From Gammaproteobacteria bacterium (GTDB taxonomy: Bacteria > Pseudomonadota > Gammaproteobacteria > Arenicellales > UBA868): a stretch of 52,751 nucleotides of DNA. The position numbers and the translations under genes were made by a program. Where the stretch lies: contig WTHR01000187.1 of assembly GCA_011523045.1 (NCBI GenBank), positions 1 to 52,751 on the forward strand, written 5' to 3'. Position 1 is the stretch's first letter. Every line of letters starts with the position of its first letter. Below are positions 1-9,285 of this stretch, piece after piece. The notes under the pieces were generated by a model. It made no database searches. It had not been told where the DNA came from and was given only the letters and a program-made list of their open reading frames with translations.

Positions 1-1038
1 GAGGACTCCCGTCCACTTCCTGGCATTGACTGGACGCTGGCGGTCGATCGTGCCCAAGCTGCCAAATATGGGATCGATATCAGCGGGATCGGCAACATGA
101 TTCAGATGACGACCGGCGGGTACAAACTTGGCGAATACCGCCCCGATGATAGTGAGGATGAGATTGATATCCGGGTGCGCTTCCCGACGATCGACCGGAC
201 GGTGACTGGCCTCAATGCAGTGAGAATCAACACGGCGTCGGGTGCAGTGCCGGTGTCGAATTTCGTCAAGCGCGAGGCCCGCCAAAAGACGGGTATGGTC
301 AAACGCGTCGATGGCCTGCGCGTCATTACCGTCAAAGCCGATGTCGATGACGGCGTACTGGCGGATGACAAATTGCGCGAACTCCAGAACTGGCTGGAGA
401 AGCATCCTCTCGATGCCCGGATTCGTGTTGATTTTAAAGGCGAAGACGAAGAACAGGCAAAAGCCCAGGCTTTTCTGAGCAAAGCATTTCTCGTTGCCCT
501 GTTTCTGATGGCACTAATCCTCGTTACGCAGTTCAATAGTTTTTATCAGGCATCGCTTATCCTGTTTGCTGTGGTCATGTCGACGGTCGGGGTGCTGATC
601 GGCCTGATCGCGACGCAGTCGCCTTTCGGCATCGTCATGAATGGCATTGGCGTGATCGCTCTGGCCGGGATTGTGGTCAACAACAATATCGTACTGATCG
701 ATACTTATGCCCGTCTTCGGGAGACGATTGGCGATCCGGTTGAAGCGGTGCTGCGCACTGGAGTGCAGCGTTTGCGCCCCGTCCTGTTGACCACGGCGAC
801 CACGGTGTTGGGCCTGATGCCGATGATGTTCGGGATCAATATCGACTTTGTGACCCGGGAGATCACGCAGGGCGCGCCGTCAACACAATGGTGGACGCAA
901 CTGTCGACGTCGATTGTTTTCGGGCTGAGTTTTGCGACGATTCTGACACTGGTGGTGACGCCCAGTGCGCTCGTTCTCCAGGAAAAGATCCTGGCTCGGT
1001 GGGGTCGGACGCGTCGGGCGCCGGCACCGTCCGCCTGA
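1..1038 (+). CDS. RND efflux transporter permease (AcrB/AcrD/AcrF family), 5'-truncated by window edge
   Basis: Frame is open from base 1 (EDSRPLPGIDW...). C-terminal RND motifs: GVIALAGIVVNNNIVLID, RLRPVLLTTATTVLGLMPM, GLSFATILTLVVTP. Confidence 0.93.
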   Translation, partial: EDSRPLPGIDWTLAVDRAQAAKYGIDISGIGNMIQMTTGGYKLGEYRPDDSEDEIDIRVRFPTIDRTVTGLNAVRINTASGAVPVSNFVKREARQKTGMVKRVDGLRVITVKADVDDGVLADDKLRELQNWLEKHPLDARIRVDFKGEDEEQAKAQAFLSKAFLVALFLMALILVTQFNSFYQASLILFAVVMSTVGVLIGLIATQSPFGIVMNGIGVIALAGIVVNNNIVLIDTYARLRETIGDPVEAVLRTGVQRLRPVLLTTATTVLGLMPMMFGINIDFVTREITQGAPSTQWWTQLSTSIVFGLSFATILTLVVTPSALVLQEKILARWGRTRRAPAPSA

Positions 1039-1050
1039 TCGAATTGCCGG

Positions 1051-2727
1051 CTATTTTGACTTGGCTTTTGCCCAGGAGTCCCGCAACGCGACGGTACGGT
1101 TGAATACCTGCCTGGCATCGGTGCTGTCCCGATCCACACAGAAGTACCCCAGACGTTCAAACTGAAAGATCGATCCTGGAGCCGCGTCGGTCAGACTCGG
1201 CTCAACCTGAACGTTGTCCAGAGTGGTGAGCGAGGTTTCGTTAAGCGCGTTTTGCAAATCATTTTCCGATGAGACATTCGGCTCCGGGTCAACAAAAAGC
1301 GGTTCGTAAAGTCGAACCTGCGCCTGTGCGCTGTGCCGGGCCGATACCCAGTGAATGGTTCCTTTGACTTTGCGGCCGTCCGGCGCATTGCCGCCCCTTG
1401 TCTCAGGATCATAGGTGCAGCGGACTTCGATAATCTCGCCGGACGGATCCTTGATCACTTCTGTGCAGGTGACAAGATAGGCGTAACGCAGTCTGACTTC
1501 GCGCCCAGGTGCAAGCCGAAAGAACTTTTTCGGGGGATCTTCTTGAAAATCTTCCTGCTCGATAAAAAGTTCCCGGCAAAAAGGCAGCGAGCGAGTTCCC
1601 AGAGATTCATCCCCTGGATGATTGAGCGCCTCTAGCGCTTCTTCCTCATCCTCGGGATAGTTCTCAATGACGATCTTGAGTGGGCGTGTGACCGCGAATG
1701 CCCTGGGGGTGCTGGGATCGAGCGCCTCACGGACACAGTTGTCCAGAACGCTGAGCTCGACATTCTGCTGGTTTCGGGTCACGCCAATGCGAGTACAGAA
1801 GTCCACCAGTGCCTCGGGGGGGTAGCCCCTTCGACGCATGCCGGACAAGGTCGGCATGCGCGGATCATCCCAACTGCCCACCACCCCTTGCTCCACCAGG
1901 ATGGTGAGCAGTCGTTTGCTCACCATCGTGTATTCCAGTGAAAGGCGGGAGAACTCTGTTTGATAGGGCCGACTTGGAGTGGTGACGTGTTCCAGCACCC
2001 AGTCGTAAAGAGCTCGATTGTCTTCAAATTCGAGCGTACACAGGGAATGAGTCACGCCTTCGATGGCGTCAGACAATGGGTGAGTGAAATCATACATAGG
2101 GTAGATACACCAGTTATCACCCGTGTTGTGATGCGTCTGATAGCGGATTCTGTAAAGCGTTGGATCCCGCAGGTGCAGATTTGGTGAAGCCATGTCGATT
2201 CGGGCCCGGAGCACCCGACTGCCTTCAGGAAATTCGCCCGAACGCATCTTTTCGAACAGTTCGCGGTTCTCCTCACAACTTCGATCGCGAAATGGGCTGT
2301 TCACACCGGGCGTGGTCAACGTGCCCCGTGTGCTGCGGATCTCATCGGCACTGAGGTCGCACACGTAGGCATCCCCCGAGTCGATCAGTTCAACCGCGAA
2401 CGCGTAGAGTTGTTCGAAATAGTCTGAGGCGTGATAAAGCCGCTCTTTCCAGTCAAAGCCCAGCCATTGGACATCTGCCTTGATGGCTTCAACAAATTCG
2501 GGGCTCTCCCGATCAGGATTGGTGTCATCGAAGCGCAGGGCGCAACGTCCTCCAAAGTCCTCAGCCAGGCCAAAGTTGAGGCAGATCGACTTTGCATGCC
2601 CAATGTGGAGGTAGCCGTTAGGTTCCGGAGGGAAACGGGTTGTGATGCCCTGCGGATAGCGGCCGGCATCAAGGTCGGCCGTCACTAACTGGCGGATAAA
2701 GTTAGTTGGCGATGATTGATCAGACAT
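1051..2727 (-). CDS. glnS: Glutamine--tRNA ligase
   Basis: TRFPPEPNGYLHIGHAKS (HIGH motif), VSKR (KMSKS equivalent), WDDPRMPT, FQFERLGYF. Confidence 0.97.
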   Translation of the reverse strand: MSDQSSPTNFIRQLVTADLDAGRYPQGITTRFPPEPNGYLHIGHAKSICLNFGLAEDFGGRCALRFDDTNPDRESPEFVEAIKADVQWLGFDWKERLYHASDYFEQLYAFAVELIDSGDAYVCDLSADEIRSTRGTLTTPGVNSPFRDRSCEENRELFEKMRSGEFPEGSRVLRARIDMASPNLHLRDPTLYRIRYQTHHNTGDNWCIYPMYDFTHPLSDAIEGVTHSLCTLEFEDNRALYDWVLEHVTTPSRPYQTEFSRLSLEYTMVSKRLLTILVEQGVVGSWDDPRMPTLSGMRRRGYPPEALVDFCTRIGVTRNQQNVELSVLDNCVREALDPSTPRAFAVTRPLKIVIENYPEDEEEALEALNHPGDESLGTRSLPFCRELFIEQEDFQEDPPKKFFRLAPGREVRLRYAYLVTCTEVIKDPSGEIIEVRCTYDPETRGGNAPDGRKVKGTIHWVSARHSAQAQVRLYEPLFVDPEPNVSSENDLQNALNETSLTTLDNVQVEPSLTDAAPGSIFQFERLGYFCVDRDSTDARQVFNRTVALRDSWAKAKSK

Positions 2728-2832
2728 GCTCGGGCGAAGACCCGGACGGGGAGCGCCAGGTAATGGTCAGGGGTGAAGGGTCTCGCGCGAGTTCAACTTG
2801 CGGTGGCCGTGGCGCGATAGGGTTGGGATCAA

Positions 2833-2865
2833 CGGATCAGGTGCCGACTTTCGACACCTGATCCG
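2833..2865 (-). terminator. Stem-loop downstream of cytochrome c4 gene; probable terminator
   Basis: Perfect 11-bp arms CGGATCAGGTG / CACCTGATCCG, 15 nt past the stop codon. The U-tract is weak. Confidence 0.6.
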
Positions 2866-2880
2866 CCAGCACAGCCAAGA

Positions 2881-3492
2881 TTACCAGTTAGTTGGGGTCG
2901 ATAGGTTTGAAGCCTGGCTGCCAAAATAGGCTGCAAGGTCTTCAATGTCCGAAGCACTCAGAGCGGATGCAAAACCCTTCATGACCGCATTGTTGCGGAC
3001 TCCTGACTTATAGCCGGAGAGCGCGTGTGCAAGGAAATCTGGATACTGTCCGGCGAGGATCGGATATTGTGGTGTGATGGGCTTTGCGCCGCCTGCGCCA
3101 TGACAGGATGTACATACCTGAGCCTTGGCTTCACCTGCTTGGGCATCGCCATCGCCCAGTTCGCTCTTGGCGGGTGCATTCAGACTGCTTAGGTATGCGG
3201 CGATATTGGTAATTTCCGTATCGCTCAGCGCTCCTGCCTGGGCCTGCATGGTCGGGTGTACCCGCTCGCCACTTTGATAGGCCTTAAGCGCGAGCGCAAG
3301 ATACTCCGCTTGCTGCCCTCCCAGTTTGGGAATCCGGAATGTTGGATAGGCGTTGCGCATGCCCGGGGCGCCGTGACAACCCATGCAGGTGGCCGCCGCC
3401 GCTTTGCCTGCCTGGATATCCCCCGCCGCGAAACTTGTAAAAGAGGCAACTGCCATGGCCAATCCGGCAGTGATCGATAGCAAGAATTTCAT
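2881..3492 (-). CDS. Di-haem cytochrome c4 (c553 family), periplasmic
   Basis: Signal peptide MKFLLSITAGLAMAVASFTSFA and two CxxCH motifs (CMGCH, CTSCH). Start moved to ATG at 3492. Confidence 0.92.
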   Translation of the reverse strand: MKFLLSITAGLAMAVASFTSFAAGDIQAGKAAAATCMGCHGAPGMRNAYPTFRIPKLGGQQAEYLALALKAYQSGERVHPTMQAQAGALSDTEITNIAAYLSSLNAPAKSELGDGDAQAGEAKAQVCTSCHGAGGAKPITPQYPILAGQYPDFLAHALSGYKSGVRNNAVMKGFASALSASDIEDLAAYFGSQASNLSTPTNW

Positions 3493-3584
3493 TGCGATAC
3501 GTCTCAAAAAATTGTAGAGGCGCAACTTTAGGCAACCGGCTCAAACGTTGCAACAATTTGAACCAAAAAAATTATCTTTCGTGC

Positions 3585-4184
3585 CTATTTTTTGCGTTTC
3601 AGGTAAATCGCAAGCTCTTTCAGACCGCTGGGATGTCTGATTGTTTGGTCCCGGCGCGTCAGCCATTCCCAGCGTGTTTCAGGGAATAGCGACTCCACGG
3701 CGGCGAGGGAGCAGTGCCAGGGCGGCCCGCCCTCGCGGTGCGTCTGCATGAAGGCGCCGATCAGAATGCCGCCTGGCTGAATCCAGCGGTACAGACGTTC
3801 GGCGTAATCGGACCACTTGGCGGGCTCCAGCGCACAAAGAGCAGTCTGTTCGTAAATCACGTCAAAGGGTTCATCCGCCTCCCAGTCAAAGAGGTCGTGC
3901 GCGACAACGCAAGCCTCAATCTGTCGGGTGTCCAGAAGGCGCCTCAGGTCAGCAACCGCGCTGGGGGAGAAATCCACGCCCGTGACGTCATAACCGCGTC
4001 GGGCCAGTTCAGCAATTTCGTAACCACGACCGCAGGCGGGGATCAAGACCCGTGCCGGCGGGGCCGGCATCTCGGCAAGTCCGAGAGCGAGGGCTGGACT
4101 GGGTTCACCGCGATCCCACGCGGTTCTTCCCTCCAGGTAGCGCTTTTCCCATCTCGCCTGTTGATTCGTGTCAGTACCTGTCAC
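3585..4184 (-). CDS. Thiopurine/thiol S-methyltransferase-like class I SAM methyltransferase
   Basis: WEKRY..GRTAWD, RVLIPACGRG, VTGVDFS, FDVIYEQTALCAL, GGPPW. Start placed at GTG 4184 (uncertain). Confidence 0.82.
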   Translation of the reverse strand: MTGTDTNQQARWEKRYLEGRTAWDRGEPSPALALGLAEMPAPPARVLIPACGRGYEIAELARRGYDVTGVDFSPSAVADLRRLLDTRQIEACVVAHDLFDWEADEPFDVIYEQTALCALEPAKWSDYAERLYRWIQPGGILIGAFMQTHREGGPPWHCSLAAVESLFPETRWEWLTRRDQTIRHPSGLKELAIYLKRKK

Positions 4185-4342
4185 ATTGATTTGCCAACTA
4201 TCTTTGCTCGGTTTGATTTTAGCGTCTAAGAAATGGCAACGGGATGTGATGCCCGTCGGACGATCCATCGAGCGTTGGCGGTGATATACTGCGCCGCGTT
4301 TCGCGCCGCAGGGGTGGCGTGGTCAATTAGCCAATACTCATC

Positions 4343-5410
4343 GTGCAAACAGCCAAGACAGACGACGTCCGTATCGTCGATATTCAGGACGTGGCAGATC
4401 CGGCCACCATCATTGCTGAGATGCCGCTGTCGGCTGATGCGGCTGAACTCGTAGCAGCAACACGCCGCGATATTCATGAAATCCTGAATGGCAATGATGA
4501 CCGCCTGATCGTGGTCACAGGCCCTTGCTCGATTCATGATCCTGATGCTGCGATGGCGTACGCAGAGCGCCTGGTGCCGATGCGTGAAGAATACCGCGAA
4601 GATCTGATTGTGGTCATGCGGGTGTACTTCGAAAAACCCCGTACGACGGTAGGCTGGAAAGGATTGATTAATGATCCTGATCTGGATGAATCCTTTGATA
4701 TCAATAAAGGCCTGCGCACCGCCCGCCGGCTACTGCTGGCGATCAATGGCCTCGGTGTGCCAGCAGGAACCGAATACCTTGATTTATTGTCCCCCCAATA
4801 TCTGGCCGACCTGGTCAGTTGGGGAGCAATCGGCGCCCGTACCACAGAGAGCCAGTTGCATCGCGAGATGGCCTCGGGACTTTCCTGTCCAGTCGGATTC
4901 AAGAATGGCACCGACGGCAATCTTAAGATAGCGGTCGACGCGGTTGGGGCCGCGCAGCACCCCCATCATTTCCTGACGATTACCAAAAACGGTAACTCGG
5001 CGATCCTGACCACTGCGGGTAATGAGGATGGGCATGTGATTCTGCGCGGGGGACGTGAGCCCAACTATGACGCCAGCAGCATCGCATCGGCCGCGTCGCT
5101 GATGTCAGATGCCGGGTTGGCTCCCCGTCTGCTAGTCGATTGCAGTCACGCTAACAGTGGCAAAGACCCCCAGCGACAACCGCATGTTATCGACTCCATC
5201 TGTGAGCAACTTATCGGCGGCGAACGACGGTTGATGGGAGTTATGATCGAAAGCCACTTGGTCGGGGGCCGCCAGGATATCGTTCCCGGACAAGCGCTGA
5301 CCTATGGTCAGAGCATCACGGACAGCTGCATCGCTTGGGATGAGACGGCACCCTTGATCACTCAACTGGCTGAAGCCGTGCGCAGGCGCCGTTCAGGAAC
5401 CGCGAACTGA
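4343..5410 (+). CDS. aroG: 3-deoxy-7-phosphoheptulonate (DAHP) synthase, class I-alpha (AroF/G/H family)
   Basis: GPCSIHD, RVYFEKPRTTVGWKG, IGARTTESQLHR, DCSHANS, YGQSITD. Which paralogue it is cannot be resolved. Confidence 0.93.
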   Translation: MQTAKTDDVRIVDIQDVADPATIIAEMPLSADAAELVAATRRDIHEILNGNDDRLIVVTGPCSIHDPDAAMAYAERLVPMREEYREDLIVVMRVYFEKPRTTVGWKGLINDPDLDESFDINKGLRTARRLLLAINGLGVPAGTEYLDLLSPQYLADLVSWGAIGARTTESQLHREMASGLSCPVGFKNGTDGNLKIAVDAVGAAQHPHHFLTITKNGNSAILTTAGNEDGHVILRGGREPNYDASSIASAASLMSDAGLAPRLLVDCSHANSGKDPQRQPHVIDSICEQLIGGERRLMGVMIESHLVGGRQDIVPGQALTYGQSITDSCIAWDETAPLITQLAEAVRRRRSGTAN

Positions 5411-5604
5411 GTCGAGTTTGACACTCGTTCTGCGAGTATCTCTTTGATGTCTCCTCTTATGGCGTAATCAAAAGAATTTGGCCTTTTTCGTGAAGGCAAA
5501 ATGATATGGTGCAATCCTATCGTGACCAGAGACAGAGCGTTGCTCCGCTGACAATTAGAACCTGAGGCTGAAACCCTAAGCCGCCCCGATTCGGAGAGAA
5601 GAAA

Positions 5605-6804
5605 ATGATCAAACCCCATGGCAGTGATTCCCTGATGCCGTTGCTCGTTGACGACCCGGCCCGCCTTGAGGCGCTGCAAACGGAAGCGGCGGGTCTGCCC
5701 TCCATGACGTTGAGTTCTGCTGCCGCTGCGAATGCCGTCATGCTGGGTGCGGGCTATTTCACGCCGCTGCAGGGATTTATGAACAAGGCCGATGCCCTGG
5801 GTGTGGCTGAACATATGAAAACAGGCAGCGGTGTTTTCTGGCCGGTGCCTGTGGTTAATCTCACCACCGACGATAGCGGTATTTTGCCCGGCTCAAGGAT
5901 TGCGCTGAGAGATCCGAATGTCGATGGGCATCCCGTTATCGCCATTCAGGATGTCGAGGCCGTTGAGGTGCTCAGCGAAGACGACGTGGACTTTATTGCG
6001 CAGCAGGTTTACCGCACCAACGATGAAGCACATCCCGGTGTCGCGACTTTTACATCGCTTGGACGCGTGCTGGTGTCCGGCCCGATCGAAGTGTTGAACC
6101 TCAGTTACTTTGAAACAGATTTTCCGGAGACCTTCCGTACGGCTGTTGAGATTCGTTCAGAGATTAAAAAGCGCGGCTGGGAGCGCGTGGTCGCCTTCCA
6201 GACCAGGAACCCGATGCATCGTGCCCATGAAGAGTTATGCAAAATGGCGCTCGAGGCGGTGGATGCCGACGGCATCTTGATTCATATGCTCCTGGGAAAG
6301 CTCAAGCCAGGGGATATCCCTGCAGATGTTCGGGATGCGGCGATCCGGAAGATGGTTGAGCTGTACTTCCCTCCCAACTCTGTAATGATCACGGGTTACG
6401 GTTTTGACATGCTTTATGCGGGCCCGCGTGAGGCAGTGCTGCATGCGCTGTTCCGCCAGAACGCTGGATGCACGCACCTGATTGTCGGCCGGGATCACGC
6501 TGGAGTGGGGGATTACTATGGCGCGTTTGATGCCCAGACGATCTTTGATGAATCTGTACCAGACGGTGCGATGGAGATCGAGATTTTCAAAGCAGATCAT
6601 ACGGCCTATTCGAAAAAACTCAATAAGGTCGTGATGATGCGCGACGCGCCGGATCATGCGAAAGAGGATTTTGTTTTGTTGTCCGGGACACGCGTTCGCG
6701 AGATGCTGGGCGCTGGCGAAGACTTGCCGGTGGAGTTCGCTCGTCCGGAGGTCGCGCGAATTCTGATGGACCACTATGCTGAGGAGGCTCAAAACAGCGC
6801 CTGA
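5605..6804 (+). CDS. sat: Sulfate adenylyltransferase (ATP sulfurylase), sulfur-oxidiser type, no APS-kinase domain
   Basis: VAFQTRNPMHRAHE, YAGPREAVLHA, VGRDHAGVGDYY, LLSGT.VR. The N-terminus MIKPHGSD resembles Sat of sulfur-oxidising proteobacteria. Confidence 0.95.
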   Translation: MIKPHGSDSLMPLLVDDPARLEALQTEAAGLPSMTLSSAAAANAVMLGAGYFTPLQGFMNKADALGVAEHMKTGSGVFWPVPVVNLTTDDSGILPGSRIALRDPNVDGHPVIAIQDVEAVEVLSEDDVDFIAQQVYRTNDEAHPGVATFTSLGRVLVSGPIEVLNLSYFETDFPETFRTAVEIRSEIKKRGWERVVAFQTRNPMHRAHEELCKMALEAVDADGILIHMLLGKLKPGDIPADVRDAAIRKMVELYFPPNSVMITGYGFDMLYAGPREAVLHALFRQNAGCTHLIVGRDHAGVGDYYGAFDAQTIFDESVPDGAMEIEIFKADHTAYSKKLNKVVMMRDAPDHAKEDFVLLSGTRVREMLGAGEDLPVEFARPEVARILMDHYAEEAQNSA

Positions 6805-6872
6805 TTTTAAGAGGGGCGCCGTTCTAGACGACACTGGCCCCGGACACTACAGTGTCTGAGGCCATAAGCGCA

Positions 6873-7139
6873 TTACAGACTGCCGAACTGGTCGGCAGGG
6901 ATGCTTTCGTTTTCCAGCATCACGGGAATGTCGTCATCGATGCGGTAGATTCGCTGACCATTCTGAGTAATCAGTCCTTCTGAGAGGGCCTGTGTGACGC
7001 TGCCATTGCCGGCGTTAATGATTTTCCCGCCAGCAATCTGTTGGTTAATTTGCCCCAGTTCATCAGTGCTCAGCGGTCTGAGCGGTTGCTTGGTTACCGG
7101 GCAACACAGAATCTCGAGCAGTTGTCGGTCTATCGGCAT
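6873..7139 (-). CDS. Trm112-like protein (YcaR/UPF0434 family, long form)
   Basis: LLEILCCPVTKQPL ... YRIDDDIPVML. Start moved to ATG 7139. Confidence 0.85.
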   Translation of the reverse strand: MPIDRQLLEILCCPVTKQPLRPLSTDELGQINQQIAGGKIINAGNGSVTQALSEGLITQNGQRIYRIDDDIPVMLENESIPADQFGSL

Positions 7140-7251
7140 GGAGGATACCCACCCTTTCTCTGGCAATTTCTAAAGATGTGCCTGAGTATACTGTTAGGGC
7201 TCCTCTGGCGGGAATTGCCCGCACCACGTTACTTGCAAGGAACTGATCATC

Positions 7252-8373
7252 ATGGCTTCTGGATCACGTCGTGCCGTTGTCACTGCAATCGTAGGTAACG
7301 GCACTCTGACCGTACTTAAGTTCGCCGTTGCGTTGCCGACCCAGTCCGCAGCACTGATGAACGAAGCCGTACACAGCCTGATGGATACGCTGAACCAGTT
7401 GTTTCTGCTGATCGGTCTTGTCCAGGGAGAGAAGCGGGCTGACGGACGTTATGCATTTGGCCATGGACAGAAGAAATATCTCTGGAATCTGTGGAGCGCT
7501 ATTGGACTGTTCTCGATTGGGTGTGGGCTCGGGTTGGCGCATGCCTGGCATGCCTGGCAGGAACTGGGGGAAATAACTGCCCGACCGGATGTTGTACTGG
7601 GCAGCTTCCGGATCGATCTCATATGGCTGGCGGGAGTGGTATTGCTGATTGCGCTGGTTGTCGAAGCTTATGTGCTCAAAATAGCCTGGCTCGAGTTTCG
7701 CCGGCGTGCCCAGGACGAGGGCATCTCGACATGGCAAAAACTTTTTCGGCCGACAGACCCCACCTTGCTGGCTGTCCTGTTGGAGGATGCCATTGCCGTG
7801 ATCGGCGTGCTGCTGGCGGGATCCGGAATTGCCCTGACACGTTTGACTGGCAATGGAATGTGGGATGTGGGCTTTTCAATAGCAATCGCGGTCATGCTTG
7901 GCGTGACTGCTATTGTTCTTGGCGCGATCAATATGCGATTGCTGACGGATGTTCGTGATCGAGAAGCAGAGGCGATCTTTGATACCATCGCCAAAGCGCA
8001 TCGCGAGATTGAGCGGTACCACGATCTTCGCAGTATTGTTGTCGACGAAGCCAACACGGTACTGGTCGCTGAGGTGGAGCTTCGCGAAGAAGCGGTGCTG
8101 GCCGGACTGAGAAACGAGATCGCCAAATATGAAGCGGCCTTGTTGTCCGCTTTGCCCTCGACACGTCAGGGTGATTCAGCACTGCGGGAGTACATTGCCG
8201 ACCGCGCCGCTGTGCAGGCAACGCTGGAGCGTACCGAAACACTGATTGACGAGCTTGAGCGTTTGATGCGAGAGCGGTGCCCACGGGTCTCTCACATCAC
8301 GATAGAGGTAGAAGGCATCGCGCCGCAGGCAACAATCGATGCCCTGGATGAAACACCACAACAGGAAACCTGA
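7252..8373 (+). CDS. Cation diffusion facilitator (CDF) transporter, ZnT9-like
   Basis: EAVHSLMD..NQ, YAFGHG, LLED in TM5; about six TM segments and a long soluble C-terminus ending HITIEVE. Confidence 0.85.
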   Translation: MASGSRRAVVTAIVGNGTLTVLKFAVALPTQSAALMNEAVHSLMDTLNQLFLLIGLVQGEKRADGRYAFGHGQKKYLWNLWSAIGLFSIGCGLGLAHAWHAWQELGEITARPDVVLGSFRIDLIWLAGVVLLIALVVEAYVLKIAWLEFRRRAQDEGISTWQKLFRPTDPTLLAVLLEDAIAVIGVLLAGSGIALTRLTGNGMWDVGFSIAIAVMLGVTAIVLGAINMRLLTDVRDREAEAIFDTIAKAHREIERYHDLRSIVVDEANTVLVAEVELREEAVLAGLRNEIAKYEAALLSALPSTRQGDSALREYIADRAAVQATLERTETLIDELERLMRERCPRVSHITIEVEGIAPQATIDALDETPQQET

Positions 8374-9072
8374 ATGACTACAAGAAAATCTTTCTGGCCC
8401 TCGCTGGCACTGGCAATCACCTTGATGCCGGTGGGAAGCAATGCCGAGAACACTACGCCCACGAGCCCGACAGAGCAATTCAGTTATGCCTTGGGTTTTC
8501 AGATCGGAACCCAGATTGCCCGGCAGATGATGACGGAAGGCCTTGACCTTGACCCCGGTTATCTTGCTCAGGCCATTGAGGATGTTCTGTCTGGAGCAAC
8601 CCCAGCGATCACGCAGGCAGAGATGGATGCCGCTATCACCGCAATTCAGCAGCAGTCTCAGGAGAAAAGCATGGAAAAAGTAAAGGCGGCCGAACAGGCC
8701 GGACAGGAGTTTCGACAGACCTATCAGAGTCAGGAGGGCGTCAGTGAGACCGAAAGCGGTATTCTGTATCGGGTGTTGACGCCAGGCACCGGCTCACAGC
8801 CGAAGATCGATGATACGGTTGTCGTTCACTACCGCGGCACGCTCGTGGATGGAACCGAATTCGACAGCTCCATCCGGCGCGGCCAACCGGCGACCTTCAG
8901 TCTTGGAGGCATTATTCCCGGGTGGCAGGAAGCTCTCCAGTTGATGAACGAAGGGGCGCGCTGGGAGGTGGTGATTCCGCCTGAGCTCGCTTACGGCGAG
9001 ACGGGTGCTGGCGGGGCTATTGGCCCTCAGGAAACACTGATTTTTGAAATCGAGCTGATTGAGGTGAAATAA
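8374..9072 (+). CDS. FKBP-type peptidyl-prolyl cis-trans isomerase (FkpA/Mip type), exported
   Basis: Signal peptide, SYALG dimerisation motif, VHYRGTLVDGTEFDSS, IIPGWQEAL, IPPELAYG. Confidence 0.95.
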   Translation: MTTRKSFWPSLALAITLMPVGSNAENTTPTSPTEQFSYALGFQIGTQIARQMMTEGLDLDPGYLAQAIEDVLSGATPAITQAEMDAAITAIQQQSQEKSMEKVKAAEQAGQEFRQTYQSQEGVSETESGILYRVLTPGTGSQPKIDDTVVVHYRGTLVDGTEFDSSIRRGQPATFSLGGIIPGWQEALQLMNEGARWEVVIPPELAYGETGAGGAIGPQETLIFEIELIEVK

Positions 9073-9115
9073 ACCTCTCACCGAGACTGCTGTGGGGACT
9101 GAAGACTGCATAAGG

Positions 9116-9175
9116 ACAGTATCGGGTAAAGCATAAGAAATCCTTCCGATCTTATCGGGGAGGGCCTGATACTGT
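9116..9175 (+). other. Two-stem RNA hairpin with a 14-nt A-rich asymmetric bulge in the FKBP-serA spacer
   Basis: ACAGTATCGGG (9116-9126) pairs with CCTGATACTGT (9165-9175). Inner stem TCCTTCCGAT-CTT-ATCGGGGAGGG. Confidence 0.5.
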
Positions 9176-9285
9176 ACCGATCCGCTGCGATCGAAAAAAA
9201 CCCGCAAAAATCGTATAAGTTCGAGAGGCGAACATCGTAGAATACGCAACCCTTTCGACCTTATGGGAAGCCCATTGGAGCCGCT

